Position numbers and translations under genes: made by a program | Notes under the pieces: model-generated | What the model was told of the DNA's origin: nothing | What the model saw: the letters and a program-made list of their open reading frames with translations, nothing else | Database searches by the model: none | NCBI RefSeq assembly: GCF_001194135.2 | Contig: NC_068989.1 | Span: 77,881,955 to 77,945,954 of the forward strand | DNA length: 64,000 bases | Source of the DNA: Octopus bimaculoides | Lineage: Eukaryota | Direction: 5' to 3' | Shown here: positions 1 through 12,319 of the stretch, one piece after another | How the letters are laid out: the number at the start of each line of letters is the position of its first letter | Numbering within the stretch: the stretch's first letter is position 1

Positions 1-102
1 GTCCAGAATTGGGGAATATATGTCTCAATTTCAAGACTATTTTCTATATCCATTATACAGTGTATGCTTGTAGCCTTAAAGCTTATAGTTATTGGTTTCA
101 AG

Positions 103-296
103 TTTTGGCATTAAGCCACCAAATGCGGGAGTCGATTACATTGACTCTAATGCTGAACTTGTACTTATTCTATCGAACCCAAAAAGATGAAAAAAAAAAT
201 CGTCCTCGACGGAATTTGAACTCGGAGCGCAAAGACGGACAAAACACCGCTAAGCATTTTTAGCCGGCGTGTTAACGATTCTGCCAATTCGTCGCC
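103..296 (-). mobile_element. tRNA-derived SINE, family 1 (GGCGAGCTGGCAGAATCGTTAGCAC... type)
   Basis: The reverse complement matches the + strand copy at 21426-21640 (head GGCGA..TGGCAGAATCGTTA, GAGTTCAAATTCCG B-box-like motif, TTTCATC..TT.GGGTCGATA core). Confidence 0.85.
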
Positions 297-360
297 TGTA
301 GTCTTAAAATTATTAATTACAGAATTTTCACATGTTATCAGCTTCTTAATTTAACGCAGG

Positions 361-480
361 TCTTTCATCCTTTCGGGGTCGATAAATTAAGTATCTGTTG
401 CGTACTGGTGTCAATCTAATTGGCTGGACCCCTTCCCCTAAAATTTCGGGCCGGGCCTTGTGCCTAAAGTAGAAAAGAAT
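361..480 (+). mobile_element. SINE family 1, 3' half
   Basis: TCTTTCATCCTTTCGGGGTCGATAAATTAAGTA...GGGCCTTGTGCCTAAAGTAGAAAAGAAT, shared with 21530-21640. Confidence 0.9.
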
Positions 481-797
481 ATATATAATGCACGCATATA
501 CATTTATACTTCATGCAGCTGTTTGCAGTGTAATCTAGAAAAACTTTATTATGTAACTTGCTCAAGTATTGTGTGAACCCAGTGTATATGTGGTAGTTAA
601 TTAAATGTACTGTACATTTATTCCGTAATGATTTTTACAGTGAAATAGCATTACTGAAAAGTATACAGGCAATTATATATAACGTTGATTTACAAATGTA
701 ATTCAAAGCATTAAACTAGAGACATGAATATGTATGTTGCTCTCTTCTTTTATATCTCAATCGAATCAGAAATTGTCTGCTGAATCAGGTTTTACAG

Positions 798-1700
798 AAT
801 CGTTTATAACTGCATCATTAATAGTGCATATAGAGTTATATTAGGAAGTAAACATCCTACAGCGCTACATGTAAGAGATTGAAATTGCATGCTGTAATAC
901 AGTACCTGTCGTTGAAAAACCTGCCGATTTCTGTATTTGATTTTATATATGAATATCATTTGATGGTGTGCTGAAAGGATGGTGTGCATCAAGAAGAAAG
1001 CATTCTCGAATGTTTTTCCTAGGGAAATTTTAAATAATCTTGAGAATTTCTGCATTTCAAAGAGAATTATGTGATTCAGTATTTCAATACCTCAACATAT
1101 AACAGCTGTACTGAATTCACTCGATCACTGTAAAGATAAAAGAAATGATTTTTTTTTTAATATTCAGGGCTAACACGTACATCTAATTCGGTGATTTCTG
1201 AGTTCTCCATGTACGGGAAAATTACTTGACGTTTTAGGTATCTTGAAAAGAAAACACGCGTACCCTTTTGTCATGTTCATTAAATCCATATCATAATCTA
1301 TTAAAATTATACGCATGTTTGCAGAATTAGGAAGAATTAACTCCCATACATAGATCGCACACGCGGTTAAGTTCAATGCATTGTTAATAACAATCATCAT
1401 CCAGGAAAAAATTGTTTTTGTTCCATTTCTCAACTAACATTTATTTTTTCTTCGCTTATGGCTTGTCGATAGACTTCAATTCTTTCTTTAACAAAGAAAA
1501 TATTCCAAAGTAATTTATTTTATATGAACGTAATTATAAATTTGTTAATAAACTTAATCGTGTTGCTAAACAGAGAATTGTTTAATGCTTTCAGAGTGGA
1601 TTAGGTTTTATGTTTATTGCAAGATATACGGCTGAGTGGGAGGAAATATTATCACATATTATCAGTCTGAAAATTCGTATATATAGGCATCTACAGATCA
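798..1700 (+). pseudogene. decayed LRR (TLR-like) coding segment
   Basis: Broken + frames give LSLKNLPISVFDF, CIKKKAFSNVFPREILNNLENFCIS, ISEFSMYG, NNNHHPGKNCFCS and LQDIRLSG. DNA homology to 3185-3415, to 6595-6605 (TGAAAAACCTG) and to 58749-58762 (GATATACGGCTGAG). Many stops and frameshifts. Confidence 0.5.
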
Positions 1701-1726
1701 CAGACATAAACACACTCGTACACATG

Positions 1727-1877
1727 TACATACATGCATAAATACATACATACATACATACGTACGTACGCAAATACATACATACATACATACGTACATA
1801 CATACATAGCAATATATGTAATTTATTTATTGCAATGTTAATACATGGAACTATATATTCAAAGAGGTGTTAGAATT

Positions 1878-1908
<31 letters not shown>

Positions 1909-2010
1909 TAATACATACATACATACATGCATATATATATGTATGTATGTATACATGTATATATGTATGTATGTATGTGTATATGTATGTATGTATGTAT
2001 ATGTATATGC
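1727..2010. repeat. (CATA)n/(CA)n/(TATG)n microsatellites
   Basis: Direct reading. Confidence 0.95.
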
Positions 2011-3184
2011 ATACGGCTTGAGGAAGAACGCTACACATAATACATAAATACACCTATGCATATAAAGACGTATACATAAAGTTGTGTGTTTTTATTCTAG
2101 CCGTATCAACACGGATTTATTTGCCTTGGGTTCTTATTTACAATATTTGATATTCTTTGTTCTGTATCATATTATGTACGCAATGCACAATGGCGGCTAT
2201 TGTTAGAAAAAGTAACACAGTGTGGTGCTTTTTGTTTGTGTTCTTTTAATTTAAACAGTATTTTATAATGACATCCACTGAATTTACCTATACACTATGC
2301 GTATATGTCTAAGCTATTTTAATGAATTCAACATATAGTTAAAAAAACAAAAGCCCGTGTTTTTGTATACATGTAAAAGATATAATACAAAATAATTGTG
2401 AAATTAAATAATTGCTTGAGTTTCTCGGACAATGGTTTTAATGAGATAGCGTTAGTCGATAGCATCTTCTATAGGACTTGTTAGGTACTTTGTACTATCA
2501 GGTGAAAAACTCAGTGACAGGATTTCAAATAAGGATGTAAAGACCCGGAAGATAAACCTAGGGCAATTTTAGACTCTAACTATTCGGTCAGCTCAACACT
2601 TTTAGGAGAAACAATGATAGTCATATTCAAGAATGCAAGGCTGTTAGGGAGGGAGCTCTATGTGAGTTTACGATGCACATAAGCGCCTGAGATTACAGCA
2701 CCTACTGAATAAAACACCTGTTTTTTTTTTCCGCCAGGTTAATCCCCACCTGCAGCTTGCAGTCATCTTTAACTTAGTGAACAGGGACGAAGTCAAATAA
2801 AGAATTATGTTCAATCGCAGGACACGTCATCCACTACAAACAGCGAACCCTGAACCTAGCGAACATTTTTTTAACAACCTAGCCATCAATTAAATAAGAA
2901 CTCTTTAGCTATGAATTAATGCACTGGTCTACGAGGATAAATACCTCTGCTATTTCTTGTTTACACATCAAATTGAAACAGCAAATGTGTTAGCTGAATT
3001 TTTTTAAAGAATCATTTATAGTTACAACATTAAGAGTACATGTACAATTATATTACAAAACAGATTTCCTACAGTCATATAGCGTGCAATATATTTAGAT
3101 TGCATGTTGTAGCAATTGAATATGTCATTACGACAATGAATATATGTTGATTGTTTTTCTTTCTTTTAACGTATTATTACAACG

Positions 3185-3415
3185 TGCTGCTTTGATGAAA
3201 GGATGGCATACTTTAAAAGGAAAAACATTCCTTACTTTGTTCAAGAGAAAATTTGAGTACTCGCGGGAATTTAGAGATTTCGAAACGAATTAACCGCTTC
3301 CTGATTTCAAATATTCAACAGAGTTTGTATTTCCCATTTGCCATATTACATCGTGTGATAATAATGACAGTTCTGCTGTAAATAGAAGAGAAAAGAAATT
3401 CATTAAAATGAAGTA
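3185..3415 (+). pseudogene. paralogous copy of the 973-1145 segment (LRR-family remnant)
   Basis: Colinear matches with 973-1145: GAAAGGATGG..., GAGAATTT/GGGAATTT, TTTC.AA..GAATT, CTGTAAA..AAAAGAAAT. Frame MKGWHTLKGKTFLTLFKRKFEYSREF...; one stop. Confidence 0.45.
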
Positions 3416-3849
3416 GGAATTTGCAGCACCCTGCTTTAAATCAATCATAGTAAACATTTATTTACAAATAGACGTCTCCCACGCAAAACTTCTACATTTG
3501 CAGTAGCATTTATCTCGTTTTTAGGTATTAGAAAACACAGCAATACGCTACCACTTGCATACACTAGTGAAAACCATATAACTATTTACACCAATTGAAT
3601 ATTTGTATATATAGAAAAGGATAAATTCGAACCCTCTTATCTATTGTACCTAACTTAACCGTATGTAAACCGGAGAATTCGTAAATATATGATAACATTA
3701 GAAACAACGTCTAACAGTTGCACCAAGGAAACCGTTACCATAAGAATAGTTAAATCTTCCTCAAATACTTCTCTACCTTATTAAAAATCGACGCTGTGAA
3801 TATTGTTTTCTTGGATTGCCTTTACGCAGATAAAAGCCTGGTCCTTAGC

Positions 3850-4230
3850 TGAAGTGCTTTTGATGAGAGATCTGCTACACCGGAGTTGATTTGGCGCCAA
3901 GAAATTAAAACAGACACGAGGGATTGTCACTTTTATTTATTTTTTCATTTGTAATTACTGTTGTAATCTTCAATACTAGAAGTATTGCTGTAAAGAGCAG
4001 CACTCGAAGAAATTATGTTCAACGCAGCCCTATCAGGAAAGATATTGCGTTTTCTCTTACTACTGATGCAACTGGGGAAACACAAGTCTGAGCTACAATG
4101 TGATGTTTGAAGGTGAACCTCAAAAATATGTCGTAATGAAATGATCACATAACCAAATTCAACTATTTTTCCACCAAAGATTTTCAATGGAAGGCCCAGC
4201 AAAACATTCACTATATTCGGTATAATACTG
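3850..4230 (+). mobile_element. highly decayed R4/Hero-type LINE fragment (region before the CCHC/RLE)
   Basis: RN*NRHEGL resembles LK.ETEGL; TRRNYVQR resembles TRNY; NDHITKF resembles RHD.V.K. Confidence 0.4.
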
Positions 4231-4246
4231 GCCAGGTTTCCGCTCT

Positions 4247-4266
4247 TTCTTCTTCTTCTTCTTCTT

Positions 4267-4348
<82 letters not shown>
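4247..4348. repeat. (TTC)n-(TTA)n compound microsatellite
   Basis: Direct reading; runs into an N gap. Confidence 0.95.
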
Positions 4349-4579
4349 NNNNNNNNNNNNNNNNNNNNNNNNNNNNNNNNNNNNNNNNNNNNNNNNNNNN
4401 NNNNNNNNNNNNNNNNNNNNNNNNNNNNNNNNNNNNNNNNNNNNNNNNNNNNNNNNNNNNNNNNNNNNNNNNNNNNNNNNNNNNNNNNNNNNNNNNNNNN
4501 NNNNNNNNNNNNNNNNNNNNNNNNNNNNNNNNNNNNNNNNNNNNNNNNNNNNNNNATATATATGTGTGTGTATGTATAT

Positions 4580-4808
4580 GTGTGTGTATGTATATGTGTC
4601 TGTAGTTTTCCCCCCAACATCGCTTGACAACCGATGCCGGTGTGTTTAGGTCCCCGTAACTTAGCGGTTCGGCAAAAGGGACGATAGAATAAGTACTAGG
4701 CTTACAAAGAATAAGTCCTGGGGTCGATTTGCTCGGCTAAAAGTGGTGCTCCAGCATGGTCACAGTCAAATGACTGAAACAAGTAAAAGAGTAAAAGAGT
4801 AAAAGAGC
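4580..4808 (+). mobile_element. SINE family 2, 3' half
   Basis: CCCCAACATCGCTTGACAACCGATG...CCCGTAACTTAGCGGTTCGGCAAAA...AAATGACTGAAACAAGTAAAAGAGTAAAAGAG, near-identical to 61480-61663. Confidence 0.95.
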
Positions 4809-4811
4809 AGG

Positions 4812-5065
4812 GAGCTGGCGGAATCGTTAGCACAGCAAGCAAAATGGCTAGCAGCCATTCGCCCTTATGTAGGTTTTTAAGGTTTGGAGCTGGCGAAATC
4901 TTTAGCACGATGGACAGAATGCTTAGTGGTATTTCGACCATCACTACGTTCTGAGTTCGAATTCTACCGAGCGCAACTTTGCCTTTCATCCTTTCGTAAT
5001 CTATAAAATGAGTACCGGTTAAGCACTGGGGCCGATGTAATCGACTTATCCACTCATCCACACAA
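4812..5065 (+). mobile_element. SINE family 1 (partial head followed by a second, longer copy)
   Basis: GGAGCTGGCGGAATCGTTAGCAC at 4812 and GGAGCTGGCGAAATCTTTAGCACG at 4887, then CTGAGTTCGAATTC and TTTGCCTTTCATCCTTTCG. Confidence 0.85.
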
Positions 5066-5089
5066 TTTCGAGTCTTCTGATTATCATCA

Positions 5090-5136
<47 letters not shown>

Positions 5137-5399
5137 GTTGTTGTTGTTGTTGTCGTTGTTGTTGTTGTTGCTGTTATTGTTGTTGTTATCCCATTACTAC
5201 CACAACTACTACTGTTACTCCTACTTTTCGATCGTTTCTTCCCTCATTTTCTTTTCGTTTTTTTCTCTTCACTGTCTTTCCTCTCCAACTACTAATTCAC
5301 TTCTTGTCTTCTCCACTATTTTCTTTCAGACACTTATGATGCGAAAGATTTGGGTAGAAAAAAAAAAAACGAAGGATGGAGACAGTGGTAGCTGAATAA

Positions 5400-5945
5400 A
5401 TTCTAACTGGAAAAGTAGGAAATAGCTCAACAGTATTTGAAATGTTGATATTGGAAAAGTTCAAAAGCGTTGAAGAGAGCAGTGGAACATAGAAAATGTT
5501 GAAAAGAAACATTGATCTACAGAGACTAAAATGTTTTCTATTCAACACATGATAGAATATGAAACCTGGTAGAGAGACTGTGATATGTACGGAAGAAAAT
5601 AAATCATTGGAATAGATGCTGAAAAAACTATGGTTGACGATAAGGCGTTTGTAACTCAAAAAGAGCAATAACGTGTGTGGTTTAAGTAAAATCAACAGGT
5701 AGTAGCATGATCAAGTTATAGGAACTTTTAACCAAAATGAGGTGGAAGTGTCTAGAGGCTTGTTTCTGCCAAAGAATCCTGGGGTTATAATCTGTTGGTA
5801 GGTAATGCATTTATATCTCAAAGTGCTCAAGTGTAATTATGTTCATCAAGCAGCTTCATGCGTATTACATTATGACACAATTTGTTTTAATGCATACATA
5901 GACACCTACGTGCCTACAAGCATCCATCCATACACACACACGCAC

Positions 5946-5978
<33 letters not shown>

Positions 5979-6165
5979 CATACATACATACGTACATACA
6001 TGCATGCATACATACATACATACATACATATTGGGAATGTCCACACAAACTGTGATATCCACAGGCTCTACGAAAGAAGGCATAAAGGAGGTACAGGCTT
6101 GGGAACAATGAAAACAGGCTTCGAGTGCCGTACAATCTCTCCTAGGTTTTTCTATACACCAGCAG
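5400..6165 (+). mobile_element. decayed R4/Hero-type LINE RT-thumb fragment, split by a (CATA)n tract
   Basis: 6040-6150 reads NVHTNCDIHRLYERRHKGGTGLGTMKTGFECRTIS, matching the D..RLY..R..GGRGL motif of RLE-clade LINEs. The upstream part has many stops. Confidence 0.55.
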
Positions 6166-6194
6166 TAAAAAGAAATACATTAAATTCGGGCTGA

Positions 6195-6960
6195 AAAGTG
6201 AAGCGAACAATATCCTACTTGTCTGAAGTTTCTTTTTCGGGAAGTATTTTCCCCATGATGATCTCCCATACAGCCACAAAACAGGTGGAGTAATATACCT
6301 GAAAGAAGACCTGAATGCGAAACGCTCAACATGGCAAAAAAGAAAAAAAGAAAGAAAAGACCATGCATGTGTATGTTTCCGAAGACTTGAAAACAGAGTT
6401 GCGATGAGCACAGGAGAAATGCGAAAGAAGGTCTGCTTATGACTGATTTGAAATTAGGTACAATGGCCGCATATTTAATGGAAAGGGAACGTCGATCAAT
6501 AAAATTAACACTTGTGTTATAGTGGTGATTGGATTCATTGATAACGGGAAGACGTAAAGGAAATTTCCTCTTAGAGTGTTTTGAACACACAGTGTGAAAA
6601 ACCTGTAGAAATTACACAAATCGTTTTGTTCAAGTGTCTAATTCTTACATCGTAATTATGTAGACATCTCATAAAGAATCTACTTCAAGACTGTTATCTG
6701 TTTGAAGACACAGATTCAAAAATATGGCGTCAATTTGAAACTGTAATGGCTGTGCGGAACAGTAGAATGCAGACGACGCGTGTGCAAAGAGATAATTTTG
6801 TAATATATCAAACGGGTTTTACGTTTCAGATTTATCCAAAAAATCCATTATTTCTCTCCGTAGGCAACTTAGCGTTTCGGAAACATTTCAGAAATTCACA
6901 TCTCATCCAATTACATTCTGAAAGTTATTTTTAGTATTTTATCCCATCCAAGCAAAGAAT
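6195..6960 (+). pseudogene. decayed LRR (TLR-like) coding segment
   Basis: ISYLSEVSFSG, FPLRVF..SVKNL*KL, QRDNFV (DNA 6786-6801 matches 57206-57221), FLSVGNLAFRKHFRNSHLIQL. Confidence 0.5.
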
Positions 6961-7574
6961 TACGATTAAATATCGACAAATGTGAAAATTAAGTTATAGA
7001 ATGTATTTGATCTTAAAATAGCAATTGTTCATTTACTGAAATTTAACTCGGTTTGCCACAAATACGGATGGAAGCTACGTAATTATCAAACATGGTAATA
7101 TCTTAATATCCATAATGAAATATCTGAAACAATGAAGATGAGCACATGGAAATTTCCATTAGCTCTATGTTAAAATCAAAGAATTTTCTACAAATATATT
7201 TCAAACGCATTTATTAACGTTTTTTTAATTTTTCAATTAAATCTAATCATTTTCTCAGGTTTAGATTTAGCGTCGTAACATGTAAAAGCAGTTATGTGAA
7301 ATTCTAATTGAATGTTTTTGAAAATAATAAAAACATATTATCAATCTAAAAAAATATTTTAAGTAGCACGTTTGAATCTAATATATTTCTGTTTCATGTA
7401 CATGTCATATTTTCATCTCCACGCTATTCTTTCGGCTTTCCAATCCCAGTAAGGCTGATTTAAATTTTCGTCTCTATGGGGTCAGAAAAGATATAATTTC
7501 AATAAAGCATAGTACTCGGTATATTCCACTGACTCGTGTCATTAAATTGTTGGTCACTCCTGCCTATATTAAAG

Positions 7575-7589
7575 GTTGTTGTTGTTATT

Positions 7590-7667
<78 letters not shown>

Positions 7668-7789
7668 GTTAAGTAGTTTTATTTTTATAACGTGCTTTCA
7701 CTTCACTACCGAGCGCAGCTCTGTGCGCCTTGGGTATGTGCTGTGGTTTGCTGTGGTGCTCTTATGTTTACTGTATTGAAAGTGTTTTG
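7575..7789 (-). mobile_element. 3' end/UTR of an RLE-type LINE with (AAT)n tail
   Basis: The minus strand ends ...KTLSIQ* (resembles LR..L.. C-terminus), then a GC-richer UTR, then (AAT)n at 7590-7668. The 5' side is lost in a gap. Confidence 0.6.
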
Positions 7790-8188
7790 NNNNNNNNNNN
7801 NNNNNNNNNNNNNNNNNNNNNNNNNNNNNNNNNNNNNNNNNNNNNNNNNNNNNNNNNNNNNNNNNNNNNNNNNNNNNNNNNNNNNNNNNNNNNNNNNNNN
7901 NNNNNNNNNNNNNNNNNNNNNNNNNNNNNNNNNNNNNNNNNNNNNNNNNNNNNNNNNNNNNNNNNNNNNNNNNNNNNNNNNNNNNNNNNNNNNNNNNNNN
8001 NNNNNNNNNNNNNNNNNNNNNNNNNNNNNNNNNNNNNNNNNNNNNNNNNNNNNNNNNNNNNNNNNNNNNNNNNNNNNNNNNNNNNNNNNNNNNNNNNNNN
8101 NNNNNNNNNNNNNNNNNNNNNNNNNNNNNNNNNNNNNNNNNNNNNNNNNNNNNNNNNNNNNNNNNNNNNNNNNNNNNNNNNNNNNNNN

Positions 8189-8338
<150 letters not shown>

Positions 8339-8342
8339 ATGA

Positions 8343-8558
8343 AGGCGGTGAGCTAGCAAAATCGTTAGCACGGTGGACGAAATGCCTAGCGGTATTTCAC
8401 CCGTCACTACGTTCAGAGTTCAAATTTTGCCGAGGTCGACTTCGTCTTTCATCCTTTCGGGGTTGATAAATTAAGTACTCGTTATGCTTTGGGGTCGATG
8501 TAATCGCCTTACCCAACTCTTCTAATGTTCAAGCCTTATGCTTATAGTAGAAAGGATT
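8343..8558 (+). mobile_element. SINE family 1, near full length
   Basis: GGCGGTGAGCTAGCAAAATCGTTAGCACG...GAGTTCAAATT...CTTTCATCCTTTCGGGG...AGTAGAAAGGATT. Confidence 0.9.
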
Positions 8559-8624
8559 ATTACTGTTTGTTTTCCTCTTTTTCTTTTGCAGTTAGTCCTG
8601 TTCTTAATCTTTTCGACCCAAAAC

Positions 8625-8900
8625 GTCTGAGTGGATTTGGTAGAGGGAAACTGAGAGAAAACCGTAGTGTATATATATATTTATATATATGTGTGTGTGT
8701 GTATGTGTTTATCTTGATGTCTGTGTTTGTCCTCCGCCACCATCGCTAGACAACTGATGTTGGCGTATTTACGTCCCTGTAATGTAGTTGTTTCTGCAAC
8801 AGAGGCCGATAGAATGAATACCAGGTTTACAAAGAATAAGTCCCGGGGTTGATTTCTTCGACTACAAGGCCGCATTCAAATGATTGAAACAAGCAAAGGA
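8625..8900 (+). mobile_element. SINE family 2, 5'-truncated
   Basis: GAGTGGATTTGGTAGA.GGAAACTGA, internal TA/TG tract, CATCGCTAGACAACTGATG...AAAGAATAAGTCC.GGGGTTGATTT. Confidence 0.85.
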
Positions 8901-10216
8901 ATAATGTTGTGGTGAAATACTAAATAGAGGCTGATATGTGTAAACTTCTTCCCTGGTACCATAATGTACTCATTTCTCAGAGAGATAAACAAATGAGGCT
9001 GGGCGGGAATGAGCGGCACTTAATTAAATAAGCTATAAGAGACGAAAAGCAGTATGGGCCTCAGTAGGGTATGAACTTTGAAGAAGTAAATGAAGTGAGA
9101 AATATCACATGGTGTTCTATTTGGCATTATTTCTAAATACCCCTCCACACGACCCCAAGTTATTGCCTTGGTTGTAATTTGGGATCATGTAAGTAAAGAT
9201 TAATAGAAGGCTACTTCATACCAGTAATAGGAGCCCGCAGATGAGCTATATCGCTTTCGGCATAAAACTGATGTAATGACAGCAACAGTAAATGTCTGCA
9301 TAACACGAAATATTTGCTTAATAATACGGACTATATACGCTCTGGATTCTACGTTTTACGGTCTTTTCTTTAGCTTTCAATAAGTTATTGTTAATAACTT
9401 ATTAAGTGTTGTGGTTCACTGAAATTTACAAATTTATTCTGAGAAAAGTGTCGTTTCCTAAGATTAAATTTGCAACCATTAACAGCCAAACTGTAACCTA
9501 TTCAAATCTTGTATTTCGGTTGCTACGTTAATACCGCTTTATATTCCGATTTTACAAGGTATTATATTTCAATGCGTAGATATAAGAGGTTGAGACGTTC
9601 TCCACTTTCTCGATTTATTCCTTGTATAAGGCGCTTTAATTATTCTCTTGTTTATTACATTATTCTTTATTATATCATTATTGAACATTCATGTTCTACC
9701 TACATAGCTTTAACGACGTTCTTAATGTACTGGCCAATGACACTAATATGGAATAATTACACACATTATAGAGCATAGAATTAAGTAATATGCCATGAAC
9801 GCAACCGCTGAGAATCTAATATAATTTAAATTTCAATAAAATAAGAATTTTCTATTTACAGCCCAACTGCAGATATGAAATACTATACTTAACATAATGG
9901 TAAGCATATTCAAATCTATTGAGGAAATTATATGTAGTAGTTCGATCTAAATCGAAATCAAATCATACGTCTTAAAAGTGAAATGAAAATTCCATTAATA
10001 CTTCAACTTCCCTTTTAGAAACGTGTATAATCATTCCGATGAAGAATGCAGCCACGGCGACTATTTTCAGTACATACGGGGGAGTACGTTATCATTAAAC
10101 CGAAGTTTAAAAATGCTCTCTTTAATGCGCTATCTCTATCTTTCCCTCACGTTCTCTCACTCTCCTTTTCTCTTTCTTCCTATCTCTCTCTTTCTCTTTC
10201 TCGCTATGTGTGTGTC

Positions 10217-10252
<36 letters not shown>

Positions 10253-10543
10253 NNNNNNNNNNNNNNNNNNNNNNNNNNNNNNNNNNNNNNNNNNNNNNNN
10301 NNNNNNNNNNNNNNNNNNNNNNNNNNNNNNNNNNNNNNNNNNNNNNNNNNNNNNNNNNNNNNNNNNNNNNNNNNNNNNNNNNNNNNNNNNNNNNNNNNNN
10401 NNNNNNNNNNNNNNNNNNNNNNNNNNNNNNNNNNNNNNNNNNNNNNNNNNNNNNNNNNNNNNNNNNNNNNNNNNNNNNNNNNNNNNNNNNNNNNNNNNNN
10501 NNNNNNNNNNNNNNNNNNNNNNNNNNNNNNNNNNNNNNNNNNN

Positions 10544-10580
<37 letters not shown>

Positions 10581-10583
<3 letters not shown>

Positions 10584-10677
10584 TTTATTCTTTTATTTGT
10601 TTCAGTCATGAAACTGCGGCCATGCTAGAGCACCGCTTTAAAGAGTTTTTTAGTCGAAGAAATCGATCCCAGGATTA
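10581..10677 (-). mobile_element. SINE family 2, 3' end
   Basis: TGTTTCAGTCATG..CTGCGGCCATGCTAGAGCACCGC is the reverse complement of the family 2 tail. Confidence 0.85.
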
Positions 10678-10788
10678 ATATATATACATATATATGTGTG
10701 TCTGTGTGTGTGTGGCTGTGTGTGTGTGCGTGTGTGCATGCATGTATGTATGTATGCATGTATGTATGTATGTATGTATGTATGTATA

Positions 10789-11216
10789 GGCGCCGACGTG
10801 GCTTTGTGGTAGGACGCTTCCTTCACAACCACATAGTTCCGAATCAGTCCCACTGCGTGGCACCTTAGGTGCGTCAAGCGTCCTCTAATATAGATTCCAA
10901 CTAAAGACTCATCAGTGTAACTGGGAGATGGAAATTGAAAGAAAACATCGTTCTATATGTGTGTCTAAGGGGAGTATATGTGGTGGTGGTGGTGGGGGGG
11001 GGTGTATGTCTGTGTCTTTGTATCCTGCCCCACTCCTATCGCTTGACAACATATTCTGGTGTGTTTATATCACGGTATCTTAACGGTTCGGCAAAGGAAT
11101 CGGTAGACTAAGTACTAGGCTTATAAAGAATAATTCCTGGGGTCGATTTCTTCGACTAAAACTTTTTAAGGTATTTCCCCCAGCATGGCCGCAGTCATAA
11201 GACTGAAACAAATAAA
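10789..11216 (+). mobile_element. SINE family 2, full-length and diverged
   Basis: tRNA-like head (GGC..GTGGC..TGTGGTA, GTTCCGAATCAGTCCCACTGCGTGGCACCTT), internal simple repeat, family tail ...CATGGCCGCAGTC..GACTGAAACA. Confidence 0.85.
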
Positions 11217-11349
11217 AAAAATTACCGGCATCTGTTTTGACGGGAGAATGTTGAAGCTGGTGTATTATGCACCAGTTTCTGCTATTCTAACATCCGATTC
11301 CTGTTCATACCTCTCGTCACTCGTGAATTCCGCCCCGAGATACTTTAAT

Positions 11350-11555
11350 ACTCTTTTCCTTGTATCTGTCATTTTGACTGTGGCCATGCTGGATCAACGC
11401 CTTAAAGGGATTTAAACGAAGAAGCCAACCCAAGGACTTATTCTTTCTAAGCCTAGTATTTATTCTATCAGCGCCTTTTGCAGATATAAACACACCAGCA
11501 CCGTTTTTCAAGCGGTGGAGGAGGGATAAACACAGACACAAAAACACACACAAAT
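11350..11555 (-). mobile_element. SINE family 2, 3' half
   Basis: TTTGACTGTGGCCATGCTGGA...GGACTTATTCTTT.TAAGCCTAGTA.TTATTCTATC is the reverse complement of the tail. Confidence 0.8.
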
Positions 11556-12319
11556 ATATATATATTGCGTATATGTATATAAAGTTCTATATAAATACGG
11601 ATAAGATTGTTATTTTAAATAACGATCAAATCAAGTGGCTGCATATGAAGAAAAGACTTATAGGTTATAATTATTATTAAAATATAATTTTAATATGTAA
11701 GAGATACCACCATATGTAAGAGATACCACCATACTTGAAATAGTAGTCAAAACCTGACTTTAAAAACCACGTGAAGTGTTCAATACAGTACAAAGTGAAG
11801 AGAGAAATAGATAAATAAANNNNNNNNNNNNNNNNNNNNNNNNNNNNNNNNNNNNNNNNNNNNNNNNNNNNNNNNNNNNNNNNNNNNNNNNNNNNNNNNN
11901 NNNNNNNNNNNNNNNNNNNNNNNNNNNNNNNNNNNNNNNNNNNNNNNNNNNNNNNNNNNNNNNNNNNNNNNNNNNNNNNNNNNNNNNNNNNNNNNNNNNN
12001 NNNNNNNNNNNNNNNNNNNNNNNNNNNNNNNNNNNNNNNNNNNNNNNNNNNNNNNNNNNNNNNNNNNNNNNNNNNNNNNNNNATATATATATATATATAT
12101 ATATACACACAAACATACGAATACTCACGTTATATACTCATGTATTTACAACGACCAGTTCAGTTAGCCATCCAGACACCGTGTGCTGTATGGTCAAAAT
12201 ACCACCGCAGTGAATATAATAATAAAGTGAATATATATATAAATCTCTATGTAAATAAGAATAAGATCGTTATTCTAAATAACGATCAAATCAAGGGACA
12301 GCAGTATGGGAAGAAAAGC

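Noticed and set aside
903-1140. In-frame stops rescued by A-to-I editing (TAG/TGA/TAA to TGG)
   Set aside because: The segments also need frameshifts, and most stop positions differ between copies; ordinary decay explains them better.
1170-1433. Minus-strand ORF as a Cys-loop/chemotactile receptor exon (WELILPNSA)
   Set aside because: No Cys-loop or neighbouring exons; cross-copy homology favours the + strand.
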